Shown one piece after another: positions 11,989 to 19,731 of a DNA stretch of 40,286 bases (positions are counted from its first letter, which is position 1; every line of letters begins with the position of its first letter). The notes beneath the pieces were generated by a model that was given only the letters and a program-made list of their open reading frames with translations, had not been told where the DNA came from and did no database searches. Source of the stretch: Streptosporangiaceae bacterium (GTDB taxonomy: Bacteria > Actinomycetota > Actinomycetes > Streptosporangiales > Streptosporangiaceae); assembly GCA_035473755.1 (NCBI GenBank), contig DATINY010000333.1, forward strand, positions 1 through 40,286, in the 5' to 3' direction. The position numbers were made by a program, and so were the translations under genes.

Positions 11989-12184
11989 GACCGGGATGCG
12001 CGTGACATGCCGTCGCCTGCCCGCGCGCTTAGCGTGAGGTCATGGCCACGAACCAGTCATCCGCGAGCGGGGCAGCGGCCGTCTTCCGCGACGTCGTCAA
12101 GGTCTGCCCCCGGACGGCCGGGCCGGCCGCGGCCGCCATACTGCGCTGGCGGCGGGCAGCCAGCGCCACCGCCTGAGACCGCAT

Positions 12185-13681
12185 GTGGCCGGCGGCGGGA
12201 CTCCTGCCGCCGGCCACGGTGGAGGCATGATGAGTTGTATGACCACCGACTGCACCGATCCGCCGCCCGGCGATGGCCTGGACCGCAGCGTGTCCGGCAT
12301 GCTGCGGCTCCGGGGCGTGATCATCGGGGTGCTGGTCACGGGCTTCCTGGCCCTGCCGGCGGTGGCGCTGTTCCGCAAGCAGGGCCTCAGCGGGGAAGCG
12401 GCCTTCCTGGTTCCCGGCACCGTCGCATTCATAGTGCTGGTCGACCGGTGGTTGCTGGTCAATCGTCCCGAGCCCAGTCAGCATCCCTGGCGGGAGACCG
12501 CCGTGGTGTGGGTGATCGTCCTGCTCGGCGCGGCACTGTTCGCGGTGGGGCAGATGAGCTGGCTGATCGCGCTGGCCGTGGCGGCCGCCGCGGCCGGCCG
12601 GTTCGCGGCCCGCCAGCCGCGGGCGGCCGGCGGCGTGGCGCTGTGCTCAGCCGTGGGGGTCGCGGTGAGCGTGTGGCATCACTTCGACTACGGCGCCCTG
12701 CTGGCAGCGGTCGCGGTACCCCTGCTGGGCGGCCTGTTCGCCTACAGCGCGGAGCGGCGTAACGTCCTGATCTTCAAGCTGAAGGAGGCCCAGGCCGAGC
12801 TGGCCAGGACGGCGGTCGCGGAGGAGCGGCTGCGGATCTCGCGGGACCTGCATGACCTGCTCGGCCACAGCCTGTCGGTGATCGCGCTCAAGAGCGAGCT
12901 GGCCGGGCGGATCATCGAAACGGACCCGCCGCGGGCGGCGCGTGAGATCGCCGAGCTGGAAACGGTCGCCCGGCGCTCGCTGGCCGAGGTACGGCAGGCG
13001 GTCACCGGCTACCGGCAGCCGAGCCTGGCCGCCGAGCTCGCCGCCGCCCGCCGGATGCTGGCCTCGGCCGGCATCGACTGCCGGGTGGATGCGCCGGGCT
13101 CCTATGACCTGCCACCGGAGGTGGACGCCCTGCTGGCGTGGACGGTCCGCGAGGGCAGCACGAACATCGTGCGCCACTCCGGCGCCCAGCACGCCGGTAT
13201 CAGGGTCACGCTGGCCGGCGCCAGTGCCAGTGCCGAGCTGACCGACGACGGCGCCGGGCCACCGGCCGGGCGCGGCACGTTCGCCGGCGGCCAGGCCGGC
13301 CAGCCCGGAGCCGCGGCGGGCCCCGCGGGATCCGGCCTGGCCGGGCTGGCCGAACGGGCGGCCCGCCTCGGCGGGACCCCGCAGGCGGGCGCCGGCGCCC
13401 GTGGTGGGTTCCGGGTGCGGGTCACCGTCCCGCTCACCGCGGCCGGCCCTCCTGACCAGCAGCGAATCCCAGCCGCGGCGGCGGCACCGGGCACTTCCCC
13501 CGGCGTCCCCGGCACCGTCCCGGCGGCCCGGGATGCCCTGGAGACAGATCCGGACGTCCCAGATCCCGCGGAAGCTCCCCCGGCCGGTGCCGATGTCCCG
13601 GACACCATCCCGGCCGCCTCGGACATCATCCCGGCCGCCCCGGACATCATCCCGGCCGCCCCGGACCAGGTGCGCCGGTGA
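12185..13681 (+). CDS. sensor histidine kinase, HisKA_3 (DesK/NarX-like) type, with multi-TM N-terminus and Pro-rich C-terminal tail
   Basis: The H-box is RISRDLHDLLGHSLSVIALKSELA. The ATPase region is REGSTNIVRHSGA...LTDDGAG...GSGLAGLAERA. The N-terminal half has about 5 hydrophobic segments. The start is uncertain; ATG at 12230 has GGAGG 4 nt upstream. Confidence 0.9.
   Translation: MAGGGTPAAGHGGGMMSCMTTDCTDPPPGDGLDRSVSGMLRLRGVIIGVLVTGFLALPAVALFRKQGLSGEAAFLVPGTVAFIVLVDRWLLVNRPEPSQHPWRETAVVWVIVLLGAALFAVGQMSWLIALAVAAAAAGRFAARQPRAAGGVALCSAVGVAVSVWHHFDYGALLAAVAVPLLGGLFAYSAERRNVLIFKLKEAQAELARTAVAEERLRISRDLHDLLGHSLSVIALKSELAGRIIETDPPRAAREIAELETVARRSLAEVRQAVTGYRQPSLAAELAAARRMLASAGIDCRVDAPGSYDLPPEVDALLAWTVREGSTNIVRHSGAQHAGIRVTLAGASASAELTDDGAGPPAGRGTFAGGQAGQPGAAAGPAGSGLAGLAERAARLGGTPQAGAGARGGFRVRVTVPLTAAGPPDQQRIPAAAAAPGTSPGVPGTVPAARDALETDPDVPDPAEAPPAGADVPDTIPAASDIIPAAPDIIPAAPDQVRR
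13600..13662 (+). repeat. 21-bp in-frame tandem repeat x3 (two identical copies ggacatcatcccggccgcccc preceded by one variant) in the kinase C-terminal tail
   Basis: Encodes D(T/I)IPAA(S/P) x3, read directly from the sequence. Confidence 0.8.
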
Positions 13682-14286
13682 GTGTGCGCATCATGATCGC
13701 GGAGGACCAGACCATGGTCCGCCAGGCTCTGGTCGCCCTGCTCGAACTGGAGCCCGACATCACTGTGGTGGCCCAGGCCGCCAGCGGGGACGAGGCGCTG
13801 GCCATGGCCACCCGCTACCAGCCGGACGTGGCGCTGCTCGACATCGAAATGCCCGGGCTGGACGGGATCGAGGTGGCGCGCAGGCTCAAGGGCAACGGGT
13901 TCGGCGGGAAGACCGTGATCGTCACCACGTTCGGCCGGCCCGGTTACCTGTCCGCCGCGATGACGGCCGGGGCCAGCGGGTTCCTCCTGAAGGACGCCCC
14001 GGCGGCCGAGCTGGCCACCGCGATCCGGCGGGTGCACGCCGGGGAGCGGGTCGTCGACCCGGGCCTGGCCGCGGCCGCGCTGGCCGAGGGCGCCAGCCCG
14101 CTCACCGCGCGCGAGGCTGAGGTGCTGGCCGCCGCGCGCGGGCACGGGTCCATCGCCGACCTGGCCGGGCGGCTGCACCTGTCGCAGGGGACGATCCGCA
14201 ACCACCTGTCCGCGGCCATCCAGAAGCTGGGCGCCCGCAACCGCGCCGAGGCGGTCCAGATCGCCGAGCGCAAGGGCTGGCTCTGA
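13678..14286 (+). CDS. response regulator, NarL/LuxR family (REC plus HTH)
   Basis: IMIAEDQTMVRQALVALLELEPDITVV...DVALLDIEMPGLDG, with a C-terminal LTAREAEVLAAA...GTIRNHLSAAIQKLGARNRAEA. The GTG overlaps the kinase stop (GTGA). Confidence 0.93.
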   Translation: MSVRIMIAEDQTMVRQALVALLELEPDITVVAQAASGDEALAMATRYQPDVALLDIEMPGLDGIEVARRLKGNGFGGKTVIVTTFGRPGYLSAAMTAGASGFLLKDAPAAELATAIRRVHAGERVVDPGLAAAALAEGASPLTAREAEVLAAARGHGSIADLAGRLHLSQGTIRNHLSAAIQKLGARNRAEAVQIAERKGWL

Positions 14287-14364
14287 CCCGCTCCCCCCCG
14301 CCGTCCGTGGCGGCCCGGCGGAAATTCGCTGGCGCTGGCCGGCCGCCCCGGGTTAGCTGGCTGC

Positions 14365-15387
14365 ATGCACATCGAACGGTTCGACGCCGGCACCGACCGG
14401 GAGGAGGTCCGCGCCTGTCATGAGATGCACGTGGCCGCGGCGCCGGTCGACGTGCCGGGCGAGCCGCCGATGTCGGACCGCGTCTTCGCCGGCTGGCTGA
14501 GGATGCACTGGACCGGGGACCGCCCGGAGACCTGGCTGGCCCGGGACGCCGCCGGGGCGCCGTGCGGGTTTTATGCACTCGTCATGCCCGCGCGCGAGAA
14601 CACCCACCTCGCCTACTTCAACCCGCTGGTCGGCCTCCCGCACCGGCGGCACGGCATCGGCACCGCCCTGGTCAGGCACGCCGCGGAACGGGCTCACGAG
14701 GAGGGCCGGGTGACACTGGTGGCCGACGGGACGCTGGGCTCACCGGGCGAGGGGTTCAGCCGGGCGCTCGGCGCCCGGTCGGGCATGCCCGAGGCGAGCC
14801 GGGTGCTGCACGTCCGCGAGATCGCCGACGGGCACCTGGCCCGGCTGCGGGCCCGGGCCCAGGCGGCCGCGCGCGGCTACTCGCTGCTGTCCTGGCAGGG
14901 GCCGGCCCCGGAGCGGTACACCGGCCAGGTGGCCGCGCTCCACCAGGACGGGGAGGATGCACCGCATGACGACGGGCATGAGCGGAAGCACTGGGACGCC
15001 GCGAGGGTGCGCACGGCCGAGCGGCTCGCCGCCGACCAGGGCCTGCACCAACACGCCGTGGCCGCCCGCCATGACCACACCGGCGAGCTGGTAGCGCTCA
15101 CCGAGCTCGAGATCGACCCGCTGATGCCGGACTGGGGCTACCAGTGCCTCACGGTGGTGGCCCGGGCGCACCGGGGCCACCGGCTCGGGCTGCTGGTGAA
15201 GGTGGCGATGCTGGAGCTGCTGGCCGGCCGCGAGCCTGGCCTGGAGCGGATCATCACCGGCAATGCCGACGTCAACGAGCACATGATCGCCATCAACACC
15301 GAGCTCGGCTACCGGATCCTTGACCACTGGCTGTCCTGGGAGCTGGCGGTGGCGGACGTGCTGGCGCTGCCCGCCGCTCAGTCGTAG
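14365..15387 (+). CDS. GNAT-family N-acetyltransferase, two tandem GNAT-like domains
   Basis: There are two acetyl-CoA-loop-like motifs, HRRHGIGTALVRHAAERA and AHRGHRLGLLVKVAMLELL. The 340-aa size is typical of actinobacterial double-GNAT proteins. Confidence 0.8.
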   Translation: MHIERFDAGTDREEVRACHEMHVAAAPVDVPGEPPMSDRVFAGWLRMHWTGDRPETWLARDAAGAPCGFYALVMPARENTHLAYFNPLVGLPHRRHGIGTALVRHAAERAHEEGRVTLVADGTLGSPGEGFSRALGARSGMPEASRVLHVREIADGHLARLRARAQAAARGYSLLSWQGPAPERYTGQVAALHQDGEDAPHDDGHERKHWDAARVRTAERLAADQGLHQHAVAARHDHTGELVALTELEIDPLMPDWGYQCLTVVARAHRGHRLGLLVKVAMLELLAGREPGLERIITGNADVNEHMIAINTELGYRILDHWLSWELAVADVLALPAAQS

Positions 15388-16322
15388 AAGCCCAGCCGGC
15401 GAAGCTGCCGGGGATCACGCTGCCAGTCCTTGGCCACCTTGACCCGCAGGTCGAGGTAGACCCTGGTCCCGAGCAGCGCCTCGATCTGGTGCCGCGCCCG
15501 GCTGCCAACGTCCTTCAGGCGGGCGCCCTTGGCGCCGATGACGATGGACTTCTGGCTCGGCCGCTCGACATACATCTGCGCGTACACGTCGATCAGGTCG
15601 TCGCGGCCGGCCCGCGGCCCCATCTCGTCCACCACCACGGCGATGGAGTGCGGCAGCTCGTCCCTGACCCCTTCCAGCGCCGCCTCCCTGATCAGCTCGG
15701 CCACCAGCACCTGCTCGGGCTCGTCGGTGAGCTCACCCTCCGGGTAGAGCGGCTGACCCGGCGGCAGGTGCGAGACGAGCACGTCGGCCAGCTCGCCGAG
15801 CTGGAAGCCGGTCACCGCCGAGACCGGCACGAGGTCGGCCCAGTCGCCCAGCTCGGCCACCGCGGCGAGCTGCGCCGCCACCTGCTCGGGCCGGGCCTGG
15901 TCGGTCTTGGTGATGATGGCCACCACCGGGGTCTTGCCGAGGCCGCCGAGCTCGGTGGCCAGGTACTTGTCACCGGGCCCGATCCGGTCCGGCGCCGGCA
16001 CGCAGAACCCGATCACGTCCACCTCGGTCAACGTGGACCGCGCGAGGCTGTCCAGCCGTTCGCCCAGCAGCGTCCTTGGCCGGTGCAGGCCTGGGGTGTC
16101 CACGATGACCAGCTGGGCATCGGGCCGGTGCACGATCCCCCGGATCGTCCGCCGGGTGGTCTGCGGGCGGCTGCTGGTGATCGCGACCTTCGCGCCGACG
16201 AGCGCGTTCATCAGCGTCGACTTGCCGACGTTCGGCCGGCCCACGAAAGAGGCGAAGCCCGACCTGAATCCCTGCTCACCCTGCGACGCTGCCACACCAT
16301 GATTCTCCCGCACCGGCGCCAC
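15378..16322 (-). CDS. era: GTPase Era
   Basis: G1 is GRPNVGKSTLMNAL and G3 is DTPG, with TKTD and a C-terminal KH domain (IVIGAKGARLKDVGSRAR). The start may be GTG at 16295 (GGGAGA 8 nt upstream) rather than 16322. Confidence 0.95.
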   Translation of the reverse strand: MAPVRENHGVAASQGEQGFRSGFASFVGRPNVGKSTLMNALVGAKVAITSSRPQTTRRTIRGIVHRPDAQLVIVDTPGLHRPRTLLGERLDSLARSTLTEVDVIGFCVPAPDRIGPGDKYLATELGGLGKTPVVAIITKTDQARPEQVAAQLAAVAELGDWADLVPVSAVTGFQLGELADVLVSHLPPGQPLYPEGELTDEPEQVLVAELIREAALEGVRDELPHSIAVVVDEMGPRAGRDDLIDVYAQMYVERPSQKSIVIGAKGARLKDVGSRARHQIEALLGTRVYLDLRVKVAKDWQRDPRQLRRLGFYD

Positions 16323-16363
16323 CGCGTTGCCACACCCGGACCCGGGTCGTGAAGGTCATGACG

Positions 16364-17329
16364 TCAGGCCAGCCAGTGCAGCCACGTGCCGTGGCCATCG
16401 GCGGCCGCCAGCAGGATGTGGCCGTCCCGGACGATCTGGAACGGCGCCTCGTCGGCGGCGGGCATCGCGGCATCCGGCAGCTGTGGCACGTCATTCGACA
16501 GCCAGACCGCGTCCAGGCCGCGGACGGTCTCGGCGAACCGCCCACGCTCGGCGGCGCTGAGGTAGCCGAGCACCGCGGAATGGTAGATCACCAGAGTGGC
16601 GCCGGACGGTGCCTGCCGGGCGAGCGCCGGCAACTCGGTCAGCAGGTCGCCGCGGTACACGACCGGGGGGTCGCGCCGGGCCGCGGCTATCGCGCCCGCC
16701 AGGCGCTGCTCACGGCCTGTTTCACCGGGCCACAGCAGGCAGCCGAGCCACTGCATGTCGGCGTCGCTGGTGACGTCGAGCGGGTTGAGATCGAGGCCGG
16801 CCCGCCAGCACACGGCGGGCACCCGGTCCGGCAGCGGCACCGGCCCGCGCGGCTCGCAGCGAAGCACCGGCGCCCGCGGGTCGGTGCCTGTGATCCGGTG
16901 CCCGGCGTAGTCGTAGGAGTAGCGGTCGGGCAGCAGCGTGAGCCCGGCACTGGCCCCCACCTCCAGCAGCGCCAGCGGCTGCGGCAGCAGCATCAGCGCC
17001 GGCAGCAGGACGGCGCAGCGGGCGGGCTCGTTGGTCTGGGTGCGCCGGGCCCGGATGACCGCCGCCAGCTCTGGCCCGCGGCGGGCCACCAGCGCCCGGA
17101 GTGAGGCGATGCCGGCGGGCCGCCCGAGCAGATAGCGCGCGGCGGCGAAGAGCAGGTTGGGCTGCCGCTTGGCCGGCGGCAGGGCGGCCAGGAACGCCAG
17201 CACCGGCGGATCGCCGGCCACCTGCGCCGCCAGGATCTCGTAGCGGCGTGAGCGCCCCCGCGCCTCGCGGGAGAACGCCAGGTAGTTCTCGCTGATGCTG
17301 CGCGACAGATCGTGGCCCGCCAGCGACAT
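16364..17329 (-). CDS. DUF2332-family protein
   Basis: YLAFSREARGRSRRYEILAAQVAGDPPVLAFLAALPPAKRQPNLLFAAARYLLG matches my recollection of the DUF2332 N-terminal signature. Function is unknown. Confidence 0.7.
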   Translation of the reverse strand: MSLAGHDLSRSISENYLAFSREARGRSRRYEILAAQVAGDPPVLAFLAALPPAKRQPNLLFAAARYLLGRPAGIASLRALVARRGPELAAVIRARRTQTNEPARCAVLLPALMLLPQPLALLEVGASAGLTLLPDRYSYDYAGHRITGTDPRAPVLRCEPRGPVPLPDRVPAVCWRAGLDLNPLDVTSDADMQWLGCLLWPGETGREQRLAGAIAAARRDPPVVYRGDLLTELPALARQAPSGATLVIYHSAVLGYLSAAERGRFAETVRGLDAVWLSNDVPQLPDAAMPAADEAPFQIVRDGHILLAAADGHGTWLHWLA

Positions 17330-17411
17330 GACTGTACGGTAACCGGCGTCCGGCGGGGCGGGAGTGCCAGCTCAGCCGGCGCCGGTCCCCGGCCGCGCCA
17401 GGGCGGACGCG

Positions 17412-17792
17412 TCAGGGGGTGAGCGTGGCCCGGATGGCGCCGTTCGTCCCGACGTGGAAGACCACCGCCCCGGGGCCCGCCTCGCGCACCACCGCCAGGT
17501 CGCGCGGGTCCGGCGCATCGGCGTCGCTGACCAGGGCGGCCGCCTCCAGGACCGCGGCCCCGCTGGAGATTGCCATCGCCACGGCCAGGCGCAAGGCCGA
17601 CAGCCGCAGGGACGGCAGGTTCACGGCCGCCGCCGCGTACGTGCGGCCGGTCTCGTCGCGTACCGCCGCGCCCTCGGCCGCCGCGACGCGGGCGCGCGCG
17701 GAACGGGCCAGGGTAATGATCTTCTCGTCTTCCGAGCCGGGGTCGGTCACGGCGCAGATTCTAGACGAGGACCTTTCACACATTCCGGTCAT
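17412..17792 (-). CDS. cytidine-deaminase-fold-like small protein lacking the catalytic zinc-ligand motifs
   Basis: ITLARSARARVAAAEGAAVRDETGRTYAAAAVNLPSLRLSALRLAVAMAISSG aligns by eye with the cytidine deaminase core, but C/H-A-E is replaced by S-A-L and there is no PCxxC. The position between era and the CBS/CorC gene is conserved in actinobacteria. The start is uncertain. Confidence 0.6.
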   Translation of the reverse strand: MTGMCERSSSRICAVTDPGSEDEKIITLARSARARVAAAEGAAVRDETGRTYAAAAVNLPSLRLSALRLAVAMAISSGAAVLEAAALVSDADAPDPRDLAVVREAGPGAVVFHVGTNGAIRATLTP

Positions 17793-17858
17793 TCCGGCGC
17801 CCGGTTCTGACCGGCGGGATATGGCACCAACCCCCGGTGAAAACCGCCCGGGATCTGG

Positions 17859-19160
17859 CTAGCGGCCGTTCTGGGACGGGGCGTCCGGTCCGGGCTTGGC
17901 GCCGGGCCGGTTACGTTCCACGGTCACGGTCCCGATCCGGTTCCGCCGGCCTTCCAGGCTCTCCGCGGTCAGCGTCAGCCCGGCCACGGTGGCCACCGAC
18001 CCGGCGATCGGCACCCGGCCGAGCGCGTAAGCGAGCAGGCCGCCCACCGTCTCCACGTCCTCGGCCTCGATGCTGACCCCGAACAGCTCCTCCAGGTCGG
18101 TCACCGGGAGCCGGGCCGTCACCCGGGCGCGCCCCGGGGCCAGCCAGTCCACGGTCGGCTGCTCCTGGTCGTACTCGTCGGTGATCTCGCCGACGATCTC
18201 CTCCAGGATGTCCTCGATGGTGACCAGGCCCGCCGTCCCGCCGTATTCGTCGATGACGATCGCGAGGTGGATCTGGCGCGCCTGCATGTCCCGCAGCAGC
18301 GCGTCCACCGGCTTGCTCTCGGGGACGAAGGTGGCGGGCCGCATCACCGACTCGACCTTTTCCGCCGACTCGCTGTCCCGGTTCTTCTCGGTGTGCTCTA
18401 CCAGGTCTTTGAGGTAGGCGATGCCGATCACGTCGTCCTCGTTCTCGCCGACCACGGGAACCCGCGAGAAGCCGCTGCGCAGGGCCAGCGAGAGCGCCTG
18501 CCGGACGGTCTTGCCGCGCTCGACGAAGACCATGTCGGTACGGGGGACCATGACCTCGCGCACGATCGTCTCGCCCAGCTCGAACACCGACTGCATCATC
18601 GCGCTCTCGCCCGGCTCGATGACCCGGCGCTGCTCCAGCAGGTCCACCAGGCCCCGCAGCTCCTCTTCGGAGGCCTGGGTTCCATCCTGGGAGCCGCGGC
18701 CCGGCGTGAGCGCGCTGCCGACCGCGAGCAGCACCCGCGGCAGCGGGCCGAGCACCCGCACCACCGGGTAGAGGACGCCGGCGGCGGCCGCTGCCAGCTG
18801 CCCCTCGTGCTGCCGGCCCAGCATCCGGGGAGCGATCCCGGCCACCAGGTACAGCACCGCGGCCATCACCGCCACCGCGATGAGGAAGGTCCGCCAGCCC
18901 GAGCCCAGCCAGTGCAGCAGCGCGGCCGTCACCAGGACCGTCGCGGCCGTCTCACAGCAGATCTGGACCAGCAGCAGCACGCTCAGGTAGACCGGCGCAT
19001 CGGCCAGCACGGCCGGGAGCCGCCCGGTCCCGCGCCGTTTCCGGCCCCGGGTCAGCTCCCGGCCGCCCGCGCGGGAGATGCGGATGAAGGCGACCTCGGT
19101 GGCGACGCACAGCCCGGCCAGCAGCACGAGCACCAGAGCGGCGGCAACCAGCCACGCCAT
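17859..19160 (-). CDS. hemolysin-family / CNNM-type protein (DUF21 TM domain, CBS pair, CorC_HlyC C-terminal domain)
   Basis: The true start is ATG at 19160 (MAWLVAAALVLVLLAGL...), 4 nt after the ybeY stop. The first 151 codons of the 584-aa track ORF overlap ybeY out of frame and read as Cys/Trp/Arg-rich nonsense. The CBS region is VREVMVPRTDMVFV...VPVVGENEDDVIGIAYLKDL. Confidence 0.9.
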   Translation of the reverse strand: MAWLVAAALVLVLLAGLCVATEVAFIRISRAGGRELTRGRKRRGTGRLPAVLADAPVYLSVLLLVQICCETAATVLVTAALLHWLGSGWRTFLIAVAVMAAVLYLVAGIAPRMLGRQHEGQLAAAAAGVLYPVVRVLGPLPRVLLAVGSALTPGRGSQDGTQASEEELRGLVDLLEQRRVIEPGESAMMQSVFELGETIVREVMVPRTDMVFVERGKTVRQALSLALRSGFSRVPVVGENEDDVIGIAYLKDLVEHTEKNRDSESAEKVESVMRPATFVPESKPVDALLRDMQARQIHLAIVIDEYGGTAGLVTIEDILEEIVGEITDEYDQEQPTVDWLAPGRARVTARLPVTDLEELFGVSIEAEDVETVGGLLAYALGRVPIAGSVATVAGLTLTAESLEGRRNRIGTVTVERNRPGAKPGPDAPSQNGR

Positions 19161-19164
19161 CGCA

Positions 19165-19683
19165 TCACCCAGATTCGTCCAGCGCCTTGCGCTCCCGGCC
19201 CGCCGCCTGCTCGGCTCGCCAGGCGCCCAGCAGCCGGTCCTGCAGCCCGAACATCGTGGCATGCTCGTCCGGGTCGGCGTGATCGAATCCGAGCAGGTGC
19301 AAGATGCCGTGGGTGCACAGCATCTCCAGCTCGTCGGCCACCGGGTGGTGCGCTTCCCGCGCCTGCTCGGTGGCGACCTCCGGGCAGAGCACGACGTCAC
19401 CGAGCAGCTCCGGCGCCGTGCCCTGCTCATCGGCGCGGTCGGCGCGGTCGCTCCCGGGCGGCGGTGGCCCCAGCTCGTCCATGGGAAAGGCCAGGACGTC
19501 GGTTGGCCCGGGCTCACCCAGCCAGCGCTGGTGCAGGTCGGCCATGGTGCCCGCATCCACCAGCAAAACGGACAGCTCCGCCAGCGGGTGCATGCGCATG
19601 GTGTCGAGTACATACCGGGCCAGGGCGGCCAGGCCGGGCTCGTCCACCATGATCCCCGACTCGTTGGCGACCTCGATGCTCAC
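19165..19683 (-). CDS. ybeY: rRNA maturation RNase YbeY
   Basis: MSIEVANESG...PTDVLAFPMDE...LCTHGILHLLGFDH carries the HGxLHLxGxDH metal-binding motif. Confidence 0.93.
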   Translation of the reverse strand: MSIEVANESGIMVDEPGLAALARYVLDTMRMHPLAELSVLLVDAGTMADLHQRWLGEPGPTDVLAFPMDELGPPPPGSDRADRADEQGTAPELLGDVVLCPEVATEQAREAHHPVADELEMLCTHGILHLLGFDHADPDEHATMFGLQDRLLGAWRAEQAAGRERKALDESG

Positions 19684-19731
19684 CCGCTGGCCCCGTTCGC
19701 CGCGCCCGGCCGTGTCACCGGGCGCCGCCGC

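Noticed and set aside
14372-14384. Palindrome TCGAAC-G-GTTCGA resembling an actinobacterial LexA SOS box
   Set aside because: The SOS box has a 4-nt spacer (TCGAAC-N4-GTTCGA), but here the spacer is 1 nt. It also lies inside the first codons of the GNAT gene (HIERFD).
19161-19613. N-terminal 151 codons of the 584-aa track ORF 17859..19613
   Set aside because: This stretch overlaps ybeY in another frame and translates to Cys/Trp/Arg-rich nonsense. The conserved membrane N-terminus starts at ATG 19160, 4 nt after the ybeY stop.
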